Below, piece by piece: positions 9,301-17,043 of a stretch of 52,683 nt of DNA. A program made the translations under genes and the position numbers. Each line of letters starts with the position of its first letter. Positions within the stretch are counted from its first letter, which is position 1. The notes beneath the pieces are model-generated. The model saw nothing but the letters and a program-made list of their open reading frames with translations. It was not told where the DNA came from and searched no databases. The stretch covers positions 1 through 52,683 of IMG/VR virus record IMGVR_UViG_3300030329_005293; one strand, written 5' to 3'. Origin of the DNA: a virus (lineage: Duplodnaviria > Caudoviricetes).

Positions 9301-11825
9301 TGGATGTCATTGGCGGCTTCAGGGTCTCCATGGCCATATCGATAGAGTGCCAACAAGGTTTGCTGTAGTTCATCAAAGCTTTTCCCTGTCTTAGCTTCCA
9401 TCATCTCCAGCATCTTTCTAATCTGGATGACCACTCCAGCTAGCTCGGGAGGAAACTGACCAGCTCCGCTTTCTCTGATGGCATGAACCTCATCCAAAAC
9501 CTGCATACCAGTGTAGTCCTGAGAGTACAGTTCTGGCTCCCTTGCTTTTCTATCTTCAGCTATATGTTGCGCCCGTTGAGATATACTCTGAAGGAAGTCT
9601 CGGATGTCTTCTCTGGCTGTTTTGATGTCAGTGAGATATTTCCCCAAAGCCTGTTGGTAGTTCTCCCAAAGCTCAGGACTGGTTTCTCGCAATCGAATCC
9701 AGTGCATCTCTGATGCTGTCATATGCTTACGCATTGCATGCCCAACGCCGCGTTGCTCAAAATACAACAAACCTTCAGCTTGTCTTCGTATAGCAAGTTT
9801 GGGTTGCAGCCACCGGGTTCCGAGTGTTTTTGCAAAGAAGTCCCACATTCTCAGAGGCACTTTCCCCAATCCCACTGGTCTCCCGGGGCGGAATATCTGA
9901 ATCAACAGTTCCTCTCCCATCGTTCTTTCCGCAGTCGGTTTTGCTGACAGGTTCCTCAGTCTTTGAGGGGCTTTCCATGCTGAGACCCAATCCTTGGCAT
10001 CACCAATTTTTCGGAGTATAGGGTGCGCTGACAATCCCTTGAAAAAACCAGATAGACCCGATGCTCCAAGAGCTACCGTGATTTTTTCACCTCTTGCTAT
10101 CTTCTGACTCAACCCCTCAATGGAAACACCGTTGAGCTTTGCCAAGTCAACCTGTTGGAGTCCTACCCTCTCTGCAATGGTTGCTGCCGTGTCGCCAAGT
10201 CCCAGTTTTGGTGTGATCTGGAATGTTGTTCTACCTAAGCCGCCTTTGATATTCAGTTGTCGCCGAGTCAATGGCACATGAAGAGTGAGCCACCCTTTGG
10301 TGTCGATCATGGACTTTTTTAGGTTATCGCCCAACTCCAATATGTTATCGATACGAGCTACGTCTGCTTCAAATATTGCTGCTTTTTTAAGTTCGGCTTT
10401 GTGGAGATGAGTGAGGTAATTCGTGGCATACTTCACGTCAGACATTTTCTCTAATTTTGTCGCTAAGACTTTCTCTGTTTTCCTCAATTGACCAAGTTTG
10501 GCTGAAGCCACCATGTTGTTGAAGTCGTCTAAAGCTTTCAAACCTGCTGGTGTATTTTCAAGGCCCATCGATTTTAGCAAGTTATCAGTGGGCTTCAACC
10601 TACCCCCACCAGCAGCGTAGTGTTTGATGGTCGTACCCAAAGCTCCTCTGATGGCTTCAATGTCCTCTTTGGCAGTCGCCATAACCTTGGCAGGGTCTTT
10701 CAAGTCCTCAGCATATCGAGCAGCCAAGGCGTTTGATTCGTTCATCTTCATGGTTCCAATGTGGCTCAGTTCCCTAAATGCAGCCACAGCCTCGTCTTGT
10801 CCCTCTATGACATCAATGGTCAAACGCCTTGCATTGTCGCTTCCAGTTATCTTCTTAAAGACCAATCCTTCGAGCTTTTGTGTCTCACTGATTCTGGATG
10901 CCGATGTTGCTGCCTGAGCCGCCTCTGGGGACATCATAATAACTTTGCCGCCCTTGTTTACCACCTGGCCCCCTTTCGCTGGCCCCAAGGCCCACAGGGG
11001 GTCTACAATGAACTCTGGTACGATGCCAGCTATAAACCTTGATGTTTCATTGGTGAAGACATCAAAGAAGTCAGCAGTGGTTTCATTTCCCTCAGCTCTG
11101 GCTGTATCTGCCATCTTCTTTGCCAGTGACCGAGGCAAAACATGATCAAGGATGACATCGCCAGTCACATTGGGTATGCCACCATAAACTCTCTCACCAA
11201 AATCCCAAGGCAGAACATCCCCATGAAACTCCCGTGCATTTTTATAGATGCTGCCATTGGCTATCTGGGAATACATGTACTCCCCAAGATTCTCAAAAGC
11301 ATCTCCTGTCTGCTTTCCTTCGGTGAGCATTTCACCACCAAAACGGGCAAAGTCTCCAGCAAAGCCTTGTAGGGCTTTTCCTGCCTCTGTGTCTGCGTCA
11401 GGTAAAACTGCCCCTGCTGCATATGCCAGTGCTGCCCAAGTTGTTCCTCTGGGATAATCAAACGGTTCCAGTTGTTTCAGAGCAGTTTGCCACCAAGCAG
11501 GTTCAAGCATCTTTTCATACTCTTCTCTGGTCTTAATCGGAGCTTGGGCACTGCGAAGAGACAATGCAGCATTGAGTGCTTCAGGGCTGCTGCTAGGTCG
11601 ATTGATTATTTGTTTTGTGAGGTATGGATCAGCTTTCTGTACTGGAACTTCACCACCGGGATAGCTGATGGTGGTTTTTTTCTCAGGAGCAAAGTCAGGA
11701 ACGCCACCATAATAGGGCTCAGGAACTGTGCGTTCTTGTGATTCGTCTAAAATTTCAGCAAAGCTTCTTGGCTTTTTTTGTAGTCCTTTTAGAATCTCAC
11801 TCAAATCTTCTGGCGGCTTACTCAT
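3348..11825 (-). CDS. Giant internal virion/DNA-ejection protein (2825 aa), coiled-coil rich, with an LPD38-like C-terminal region
   Basis: Third and largest of three genes after the nozzle, as for podovirus ejectosome proteins. C-terminal NYSDLT...AIPFFTW motif resembles large polyvalent protein C-termini. Confidence 0.7.
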   Translation of the reverse strand: MSKPPEDLSEILKGLQKKPRSFAEILDESQERTVPEPYYGGVPDFAPEKKTTISYPGGEVPVQKADPYLTKQIINRPSSSPEALNAALSLRSAQAPIKTREEYEKMLEPAWWQTALKQLEPFDYPRGTTWAALAYAAGAVLPDADTEAGKALQGFAGDFARFGGEMLTEGKQTGDAFENLGEYMYSQIANGSIYKNAREFHGDVLPWDFGERVYGGIPNVTGDVILDHVLPRSLAKKMADTARAEGNETTADFFDVFTNETSRFIAGIVPEFIVDPLWALGPAKGGQVVNKGGKVIMMSPEAAQAATSASRISETQKLEGLVFKKITGSDNARRLTIDVIEGQDEAVAAFRELSHIGTMKMNESNALAARYAEDLKDPAKVMATAKEDIEAIRGALGTTIKHYAAGGGRLKPTDNLLKSMGLENTPAGLKALDDFNNMVASAKLGQLRKTEKVLATKLEKMSDVKYATNYLTHLHKAELKKAAIFEADVARIDNILELGDNLKKSMIDTKGWLTLHVPLTRRQLNIKGGLGRTTFQITPKLGLGDTAATIAERVGLQQVDLAKLNGVSIEGLSQKIARGEKITVALGASGLSGFFKGLSAHPILRKIGDAKDWVSAWKAPQRLRNLSAKPTAERTMGEELLIQIFRPGRPVGLGKVPLRMWDFFAKTLGTRWLQPKLAIRRQAEGLLYFEQRGVGHAMRKHMTASEMHWIRLRETSPELWENYQQALGKYLTDIKTAREDIRDFLQSISQRAQHIAEDRKAREPELYSQDYTGMQVLDEVHAIRESGAGQFPPELAGVVIQIRKMLEMMEAKTGKSFDELQQTLLALYRYGHGDPEAANDIQASLVQLSKAIKKAEIEKHDVVENVKTAITDQIEALNNRLKARVALKKAFTEGVSTPEELAILKAEHQKAIKELNKAQTARLAAINKLRDQKLAATTADYRKARRKQKVALKKEAKIKPVKLEQPEEIQARRDADYKKLEQQPIKIDQTSIDTIKAQRASERVELEKTLQAEAAPKVDTAMDKKLWELKEKRTLHKKLTSEIKSIIEKAENEGYYYHTDKVFTSEKKHRQLTNARHAWANPREVSRFIKQHPDFLKYDDEHRQIVLEEYNAWESVPIYERMALLAELEQKVKRKLSGKKFKTTEEGAEKYNEQLLSLKKERKNNELSFRTDVDEVQNSIDVNKYYRRFLETILSRYAQESKKDFNIQDVIRDYFRWMDEALDKDQRTPSLDNYWLVQKAAKKFNAGRKLDLYETGDSKQIIEYLIHHATPPKAAPKVDTAKELNEEYAKLYAEVASDYKAFEANLPEIKAPKAALKDFDLRKQHEKAVERRTAANQVRQSLMYAGKQVLKKDEELKELIDQRLIRDKILRPGRELTAAKNKYERLIQAQPDDARIQRLNWLKDNKDFPPKAAPKAPKVDTTKALKAFDDETAKMVDEATAAGKGEAEEIAKAKLLEHQTETKSMVEAAKQSIAQHEQRIEKANAALEKKLLEFDEETKAGVAEKKAELSKPILKEAKKDKKAAKHETTLAKRQKKREFKKARQKFWEEPLANLKKLQEVANKQLEKIKAGKFDKGTVAKLETIDKRIANIITEQQKKQQALELVTPKMVAERITTNHKGEAYVRDLMEWEKDLWVDARQLMDSTSVSTEEFLQAIMKTLEGTKKYLGDPKSVEERANTFKILQEKFVGQPVGRAKLPKGRRKEDEIKFQEERREVARLRKEGPPEEYQAAAKALDEKQIARMEGMSQLPTVVGERYTAEISEDIKPLVEMLSEKYAAYEEAYKQHGFTFMRSPHERRMLWGVEGYVPHMRFDAALPIQDEAQILKSLERGAIDRQLSIDMDQEKMRKLSGTIEEINALPRGGSQDSNWKFAVSPQLLMAQFFNSSKALSSVDFLWSLNQGGVIRTFTTLEEATKAGYVPLYNRGERQKEFEIMMSGTLGEMQFIDAQGRKIEDAYKILLEAQEEGAKVESINPLMSWVRDIKQVNETQTVEQAVMGIRMHQYRYTKAQKDPVVPLVGNEAFNVKTRLEEIVEDRMTKVVAKIDNDIKVAYQELAVIQGKKTASLQGFQKDIADLEAKINELKKTIAKKQAENKGTKNLEKQIQASQKKIATLQKRGKPDHKDKFLPQIVGKQKQIDKLTEMKNPDSEAYGILKAKEKKNAWDDLTEEINSHVAAINSHRKRHPELADERLPNISKDSLQMFFEPNKSGPLYRQYIPEGVEESMRIMLTPKDMPGWAQKLHQWNNWWKTRVTVMATAFTVRNMIGNTYQNALDVGWGGALNPFTCLKSLHISNLADHFARHGSLRNAHEYYKAPRRAGEKALEYVNRKRQGIIFSNIYDPKKLNTIDLGDGILRDMDEALGMLHDRGVISGSSTFHADLDMIESDFMEMAHALGTAEAKGGGARFKRVFSHVEDAVITSLGPLSGFASGSFFAFTAMPKKWGQTFSRRAENQGRMINFIANMKRGGTVEEATAHTNKFLMNYSDLTPAQRDWMRLAIPFFTWNHKNFILHLDMMQKNPQFFAQFYRTAYEFLPRMFQSIRDEEKQRPTDPVIAARKRAEDLKYQPEYNLYKIRLDVQPDNNIIIEGFGLPIESFAQQVASLGGIVTEIVNFAGFDTPKSHLSSLQENPATFHYAAAQSHFALRALLEWGVLKEYMFYQRPFDDPRSHQVQDIAATVVHLKNSNFLPFVYMANAIEEAIPMHSVVDPRSGKLVHYLSDTKLMARKYAYDVSPWTRYIAGAAKVSDEFHTANLTERAMARGGEKVISRTPLTWRLINAMSGIKIKQDLPDQVAEEIHRKKIKKLMMKEADLKGFTTGGQILRPPRGE

Positions 11826-11836
11826 TGAATTTACCT

Positions 11837-14272
11837 TTAATATTTTGCCCTATGTACTGCTTTTGTCTTTACTGACCCCAATATTTTTAACTTGTCAGTA
11901 TCTTTTACAGGCGCTCCAGTTTTTGCATTGTACCATCGGTTGTTTTTCCAAACAAACTGGTCTTTACCAATGCTTCTCTCCTTCATCCCCCAAACATCAT
12001 CTTTAGCAACAGGAGTATCAACCGTGGAGGGGGGCTGAAAGGATTCTGCTAATCTTTGTTGTGCTTTTTGTTGTTGTTTTTTAAAGGGAAGATAATTCCT
12101 TCCCGTAAATTCGAATTTCTCTTCATCACCAGAAATATCTGTAGGGAGTTTTTTCTTCCGCCGTGCATGTTTTTGTAATGCTTCTTTTGTATAGTCTCCT
12201 AATGGCCTACCTTGATAACGTACGTCTTTTTCAGCCTGTTCTTCTTGTTCAATAATCTCAGCTTGTCGTTTTTTATCCTCATCTAATCTTTGTTGTAATG
12301 TGCTTACATCAACAGATGCCTTTCTTCCGAAAGAAGGGCTCATTCCTAAGTCAAAAGCACTGGCTAATCGTTGCGCTCGTGTTGTCTGTTGCAATGGCTT
12401 TGGAAGCCCTTGTATTGATACTTCATCTTGTATTGATACTTCATTAGGAGTGGCCCTTGCCATTTCAAGAGCCGTTTTTCCCTTTTCAGGGGCGACAGTA
12501 GGGGCAGCATCAGTTTGTGTCCCGAACAATAGCTTTTGAGATTCAATTTGGGCGGATCTCATCTCGTTTAATTTTTTATTAACTGCCTTTACAGCATCAG
12601 TGTTCATATACTTATCAGGAAGCCTTTTCCATTGGTTGGCATCCTTTTGCTTATAATACAGATCCTCTCCAATATAACCCCAGTCTCCCCAAGTTTTATT
12701 GGCTGGATCTTCAACAGTTGTACTTGGCACACCAGCGGTGGTTTCTACACTTGGTGTAGTTCGGCCTCTTCCAGTAGGACGAGCAGGAGCAGGGGTTGTT
12801 GTGGGCGGTGCAGGGGCGGGTATTCTTGGAGTATCATCAACCTCTTGGCCTAATCCTTCAATGGCTTCTTGTCTACGAGGATCGGGTTCTGGAAGACTTA
12901 CAGGCACTTCCTCATATTTGGCAAGGTTCGCAATACCTTTTCTAATCCTGTGTGGTTGACCGCCAATACCCATACCAACTTGATTCTCCAGATAAGTGCG
13001 GATTGCACGAGGTCTTCCTCCGGGAACATGTTGGTATCTTGGATCACCTCTTGGTGGAATGGCTTGGACACCATCCTCCCAACCTTGCCCTTTTTTCAGC
13101 AAGTGTTCAGTCCAGAACCATCGGTCTGCTGTTCCATCTTGGGTCATGAATCTAACCATTTGGTTATCATCCATCTGGAGGGCTTTTTTCAATGGTACAT
13201 ACAGAGGATTCTCACTCATTATTGCAACGAATCTGTCTTTGTCACTAACGCCCAGAGCCCTGATGTCAGCTTTGGCGGCTTTTAGTTCATCAATTTCTGC
13301 TTGCAAAGATATATCAAGAGGGGTCTCTACTTCTAACAACTCCTTCGTATTTCTGACAATCTCATCAGCGTTCATACCGCCCAACATGGGCTTCATTTTT
13401 TTGAACCGACTTATTGCACTCCTTCCTGATGGTCCGAGTTTACCAAGGTTTGATTCTAATTCCAGCACCAATCGGTCTCTTTGCTCTCTCTGGTCATTGT
13501 AAGCAACAATATGATCTTGTGAGGCAGGAGGTATATAAGCTCTCGTTTCGGTCGGGTCCTTCATTTTTTGTTGCATCCAGTTTGCAAAGTTATGACTCGA
13601 CTGGGCTATCTCTTCATTTGTATATAATACTACTCCTGCCTCTTGGTTTGCCATATACAAAGCTGTCGCAAAGGCGGTTGCTCCTTTTCTTGATATATCA
13701 TCCCTTGCCCTTGCAGCAGCACCTAACCTTGCTGTACCTGATTCTGCCATAACAATACCCTTTATCGCGCCGTATGACTCGTGATTTGTTATCGTGTTAA
13801 ATATGTCATTTTGTAAATCTTCGAGCTGCCCCACTTTGATTTTGGGGTCTTGTTCCTTCGGAACATTTGCTTGTGCTGTCCAGTTACCTTTTTGTCGTTC
13901 CAAAATAACATCAATGTCTTGATAATTTTTTCCTACTTTTCTTAATAAAGACCGGCCCGTCAAATCACCGTCTATCTTATTGAGGTCAACCAAACCGTTA
14001 TAGAGGGCAACTTTTTCCTTCGATGCAGCCTGAATACCCGCTTTTTCAAGGTCGGTTAAAATCTTTAACACTTCAACGTGGGATTGAATTTCTTCGGCTT
14101 TTAGATCCTTCAATGCCCCCACTTTGGTGGCTTGATAATCAGCCTGCATTTGTAAAAGTTCTCTGATCTGCTGCCTGTTCAACATCATCAATTCATTAAC
14201 TTCTCGTGGAGACAAGGCCCTGTTCTCATTCAAAGCCGTGTAAAGTTGAAGCAGTTCTGTTAATAATGGCAT
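11837..14272 (-). CDS. Probable internal virion/ejection protein (811 aa)
   Basis: Position between the small pilot-like gene and the giant gene; helical with a P/T-rich linker. Confidence 0.55.
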   Translation of the reverse strand: MPLLTELLQLYTALNENRALSPREVNELMMLNRQQIRELLQMQADYQATKVGALKDLKAEEIQSHVEVLKILTDLEKAGIQAASKEKVALYNGLVDLNKIDGDLTGRSLLRKVGKNYQDIDVILERQKGNWTAQANVPKEQDPKIKVGQLEDLQNDIFNTITNHESYGAIKGIVMAESGTARLGAAARARDDISRKGATAFATALYMANQEAGVVLYTNEEIAQSSHNFANWMQQKMKDPTETRAYIPPASQDHIVAYNDQREQRDRLVLELESNLGKLGPSGRSAISRFKKMKPMLGGMNADEIVRNTKELLEVETPLDISLQAEIDELKAAKADIRALGVSDKDRFVAIMSENPLYVPLKKALQMDDNQMVRFMTQDGTADRWFWTEHLLKKGQGWEDGVQAIPPRGDPRYQHVPGGRPRAIRTYLENQVGMGIGGQPHRIRKGIANLAKYEEVPVSLPEPDPRRQEAIEGLGQEVDDTPRIPAPAPPTTTPAPARPTGRGRTTPSVETTAGVPSTTVEDPANKTWGDWGYIGEDLYYKQKDANQWKRLPDKYMNTDAVKAVNKKLNEMRSAQIESQKLLFGTQTDAAPTVAPEKGKTALEMARATPNEVSIQDEVSIQGLPKPLQQTTRAQRLASAFDLGMSPSFGRKASVDVSTLQQRLDEDKKRQAEIIEQEEQAEKDVRYQGRPLGDYTKEALQKHARRKKKLPTDISGDEEKFEFTGRNYLPFKKQQQKAQQRLAESFQPPSTVDTPVAKDDVWGMKERSIGKDQFVWKNNRWYNAKTGAPVKDTDKLKILGSVKTKAVHRAKY

Positions 14273-14273
14273 G

Positions 14274-14894
14274 TTATACTCCTAATCCTTTCTTTCGGGC
14301 TGCTGCTAGGTCAAGGGCTGATTTTGTTTTGGCTCCTTCCCAATCTGCTAAACCTTTTCCTATCTTCTCACCTGATCCAGCAGCTATTGCACCTGCTTGC
14401 AGACCCGTTTGTAATGCTGCCTGTCTCCGTGCAGCAGACTGTTGAGCTACTTTGTATTGGTCCTGCATATGTTGAGCCAATTGCTTGGCATACAGGTCTA
14501 AGTCCTGCTGTCTGACATCACTTGAAATGGCTGCTCGTTGACCCATTGCCCCCCTCTGAAGTTGAGACATGGCTCTCTGTCTTGCCACCGGGTCTCTCAT
14601 TCTGGATATATCAGCTTGAGCTTGTTGCATTTGTGCTTGGAGCCTTTGCTGACCTTCGGCTTCCAATTGCTGCCGTTCTCCTGCACTCAAACCGCCTCTT
14701 GCTTTTCCTAATCGTTCAGCCTCTGCTTTGACTCTTTTTCTATAATCCCTTTCCGCTCTGGTCGGCACTAATGAGGCCACAACCGGGGCGGCAACACCTG
14801 CTGCCAATGCCCATGGAGCTACCGCTGATAGGGCTGCTCCACCTGCCACTTTTTTTGCTAATGCTGCTGTTGTTGCTGCTGTTGTTGCTGCCAT
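14274..14894 (-). CDS. Probable small ejection/pilot protein
   Basis: Ala/Gly-rich hydrophobic N-terminus plus Gln-rich helices, like P22 gp7 or T7 gp14-type proteins. Confidence 0.55.
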   Translation of the reverse strand: MAATTAATTAALAKKVAGGAALSAVAPWALAAGVAAPVVASLVPTRAERDYRKRVKAEAERLGKARGGLSAGERQQLEAEGQQRLQAQMQQAQADISRMRDPVARQRAMSQLQRGAMGQRAAISSDVRQQDLDLYAKQLAQHMQDQYKVAQQSAARRQAALQTGLQAGAIAAGSGEKIGKGLADWEGAKTKSALDLAAARKKGLGV

Positions 14895-14898
14895 AATA

Positions 14899-15585
14899 TC
14901 ACCTCAATGCTAATACCCAGACCCCGCCAGTGGGGGTTTTGATTTTTGAATCACCGTTATCTTCTTTTAGGTTTGCCGATATATCTAACTCAAACGTGAA
15001 AAAACCTTTGTTTACACTTGTCAACATGCCTTGCTTATGGACATATCTCCATTGTTCTTCAGGCATGAAAGAAGTAACTGGATGCACACTGCTTCTCCCC
15101 CAAGGGAGTTTGCCTTGTAAAACAGTTTGCTCGTCTGCATTTTCAGACACATTCCCCAACACCCCTGTTGATTTTATCTTCAACCGCCAGTGCCAAGTTT
15201 CAAAAATGGGAGAGTCATAGTCTGCATCATGCTCAAACCAGGCTTGGAAACCATACATGACCACATTGGCATCCCATGGGAGGAACACCTTGGTTGATAA
15301 ACCAGCATGAACAATCCGGTGGGAATCCTTACTGGATGCCTGATACCCATACATATGCTCCCAACGATCAAAACCATGATAAAAGCCTTGTGCAAAGGTT
15401 CCATTCTGCACCATCCATGGCTCGATAGATTCCTTACCGCTTCCATAGTTACTGTCGTCTAAGCCACCATTGAGGGCTTCCAAAGAAGAAGCCAGTCCTG
15501 CATCTGGAGCATAGACACCCTTGTATATGTCTTCGAGATTCAAATTCGGATTGGTGAGTGATAGTGTTGGAATACTTGGCATCAA
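14899..15585 (-). CDS. Hypothetical tail-associated protein
   Basis: Beta-rich 228-aa ORF coupled to its neighbours. Confidence 0.55.
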   Translation of the reverse strand: MMPSIPTLSLTNPNLNLEDIYKGVYAPDAGLASSLEALNGGLDDSNYGSGKESIEPWMVQNGTFAQGFYHGFDRWEHMYGYQASSKDSHRIVHAGLSTKVFLPWDANVVMYGFQAWFEHDADYDSPIFETWHWRLKIKSTGVLGNVSENADEQTVLQGKLPWGRSSVHPVTSFMPEEQWRYVHKQGMLTSVNKGFFTFELDISANLKEDNGDSKIKTPTGGVWVLALR

Positions 15586-16289
15586 TCACCCCACAAGCCC
15601 AAAATGGTAAGTGTCGCTTGGTCTATTGTATACTTATCATTAGCCACATAAGGGGGGCTTGGTGCATTTCCTTTTATTTTAGATGCTATTGCCTTGACGT
15701 TGGTTAGCATCTGTTCATTGGACTCAAACTTCAAAACACAGCTTAAAGAGACAGTTATTTCTTGGGTCTTGGCATCCGAAACTGAGTCATACTCTTTGTT
15801 GTGAGGGAAATGAACACACCGAACACTCTCAGCTTTTAATTCGTCAGTTACAGTTGCGCCTGAGCTATTCACATAGGTATACAGAATTCCAAAGATAGCC
15901 ATCACCTCTTCTTCTGGATTCTTGTTTACACCAGCATTGGTTTGATATTCACCAACCCGGCAACTGAACTGGACCAGCACATAGATATTGCCGGTAAAAG
16001 ACAAGAATGATTGGTTCAGAGTTTTTGTGATTAAAACCTGATGTGATGCCTTAAAATTGGCTCCTTCATTAGTAGACTCGGTAGCCACCGAGGCGACAGA
16101 GAGTTCATTATTCACACTAGAAAACAGCACCAAGCCATTGGTTGATGCCTGAAAGTGTTGGTGACCAAAACAAGCTCTGGCTACATTGTCTTTTGTCATT
16201 GCATTGAGGCTATTCTTCACGGTGTCGTGCATAGCTGTAATATCAGTTTTGTCGATAGTGCTTCCCGAAGTTGGTCTTACAACTGCCAT
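15582..16289 (-). CDS. Hypothetical tail-associated protein
   Basis: 235-aa ORF with overlapping start/stop codons and a GGAGG RBS. Confidence 0.55.
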   Translation of the reverse strand: MAVVRPTSGSTIDKTDITAMHDTVKNSLNAMTKDNVARACFGHQHFQASTNGLVLFSSVNNELSVASVATESTNEGANFKASHQVLITKTLNQSFLSFTGNIYVLVQFSCRVGEYQTNAGVNKNPEEEVMAIFGILYTYVNSSGATVTDELKAESVRCVHFPHNKEYDSVSDAKTQEITVSLSCVLKFESNEQMLTNVKAIASKIKGNAPSPPYVANDKYTIDQATLTILGLWGD

Positions 16290-17035
16290 TATGCCTCCAA
16301 CATTTTGCCGCGGGCAAATCTAAGAATGGACATACTTCTATTGCCCACACACACACCGGGGGCAGGTGGTGTTGCCAATGGTTTGCTTACATATTCATTG
16401 TTGAAAGCATTGAGACCACGAGAGTCGGCTTGACCAACAACAGGTACAACTTTGTGATTGCCAGCAGGGAGCATACCCACATACGTGATACAAGCTGCCA
16501 TGCTTCGTCCTGCAAAACCTGTGCCTCTGACGGACCCATCATTGGACAGTTTGTAACATCCTGCCCCTTCTGGCTGATACCCATCAATGTCCAGTTTGAT
16601 AATAAATCGAACAATATTGTAATTGGTTAACAATCCAGAAGACCCAAAACCAGAGCGGTTTAGCCGACAATATTGGAATGAGAATATAATCTTTACAAGC
16701 TCAGGATATTTTGATGTCCATGTGAGTTCCATGTCATCAATTTTTGCCAATGACATGTTGTATGGAACTTGAACCAAGTCTGTATCATAGCCGCCAGAGG
16801 TGTCCTTTAAGATGGGTTCTCGGGCATCAGTGATATTTAACAATGCTGAAGTCTCAGACACCATGAATTTTACATGTGTGCTTTTCTCTAACAGGTTTCT
16901 GTCCTTAAATGTTTCTTCTGCCCATTGGTACTGGGTGGTAGAAGATGATATTTTTTTTGCCTCAACAAAGTCTCTGGCCAAAGCATCAGGATCAGCTACC
17001 ATTCCTGTTTGGGGAGCTTTGGGTAAGAAATACAT
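16289..17035 (-). CDS. Hypothetical tail-associated protein
   Basis: 248-aa ORF directly after the nozzle gene, with an AGGAG RBS. Confidence 0.55.
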   Translation of the reverse strand: MYFLPKAPQTGMVADPDALARDFVEAKKISSSTTQYQWAEETFKDRNLLEKSTHVKFMVSETSALLNITDAREPILKDTSGGYDTDLVQVPYNMSLAKIDDMELTWTSKYPELVKIIFSFQYCRLNRSGFGSSGLLTNYNIVRFIIKLDIDGYQPEGAGCYKLSNDGSVRGTGFAGRSMAACITYVGMLPAGNHKVVPVVGQADSRGLNAFNNEYVSKPLATPPAPGVCVGNRSMSILRFARGKMLEA

Positions 17036-17043
17036 TTGGTCTC

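Noticed and set aside
12409-12444. 18-bp tandem duplication (EVSIQ twice)
   Set aside because: Simple in-frame slippage in a low-complexity region.
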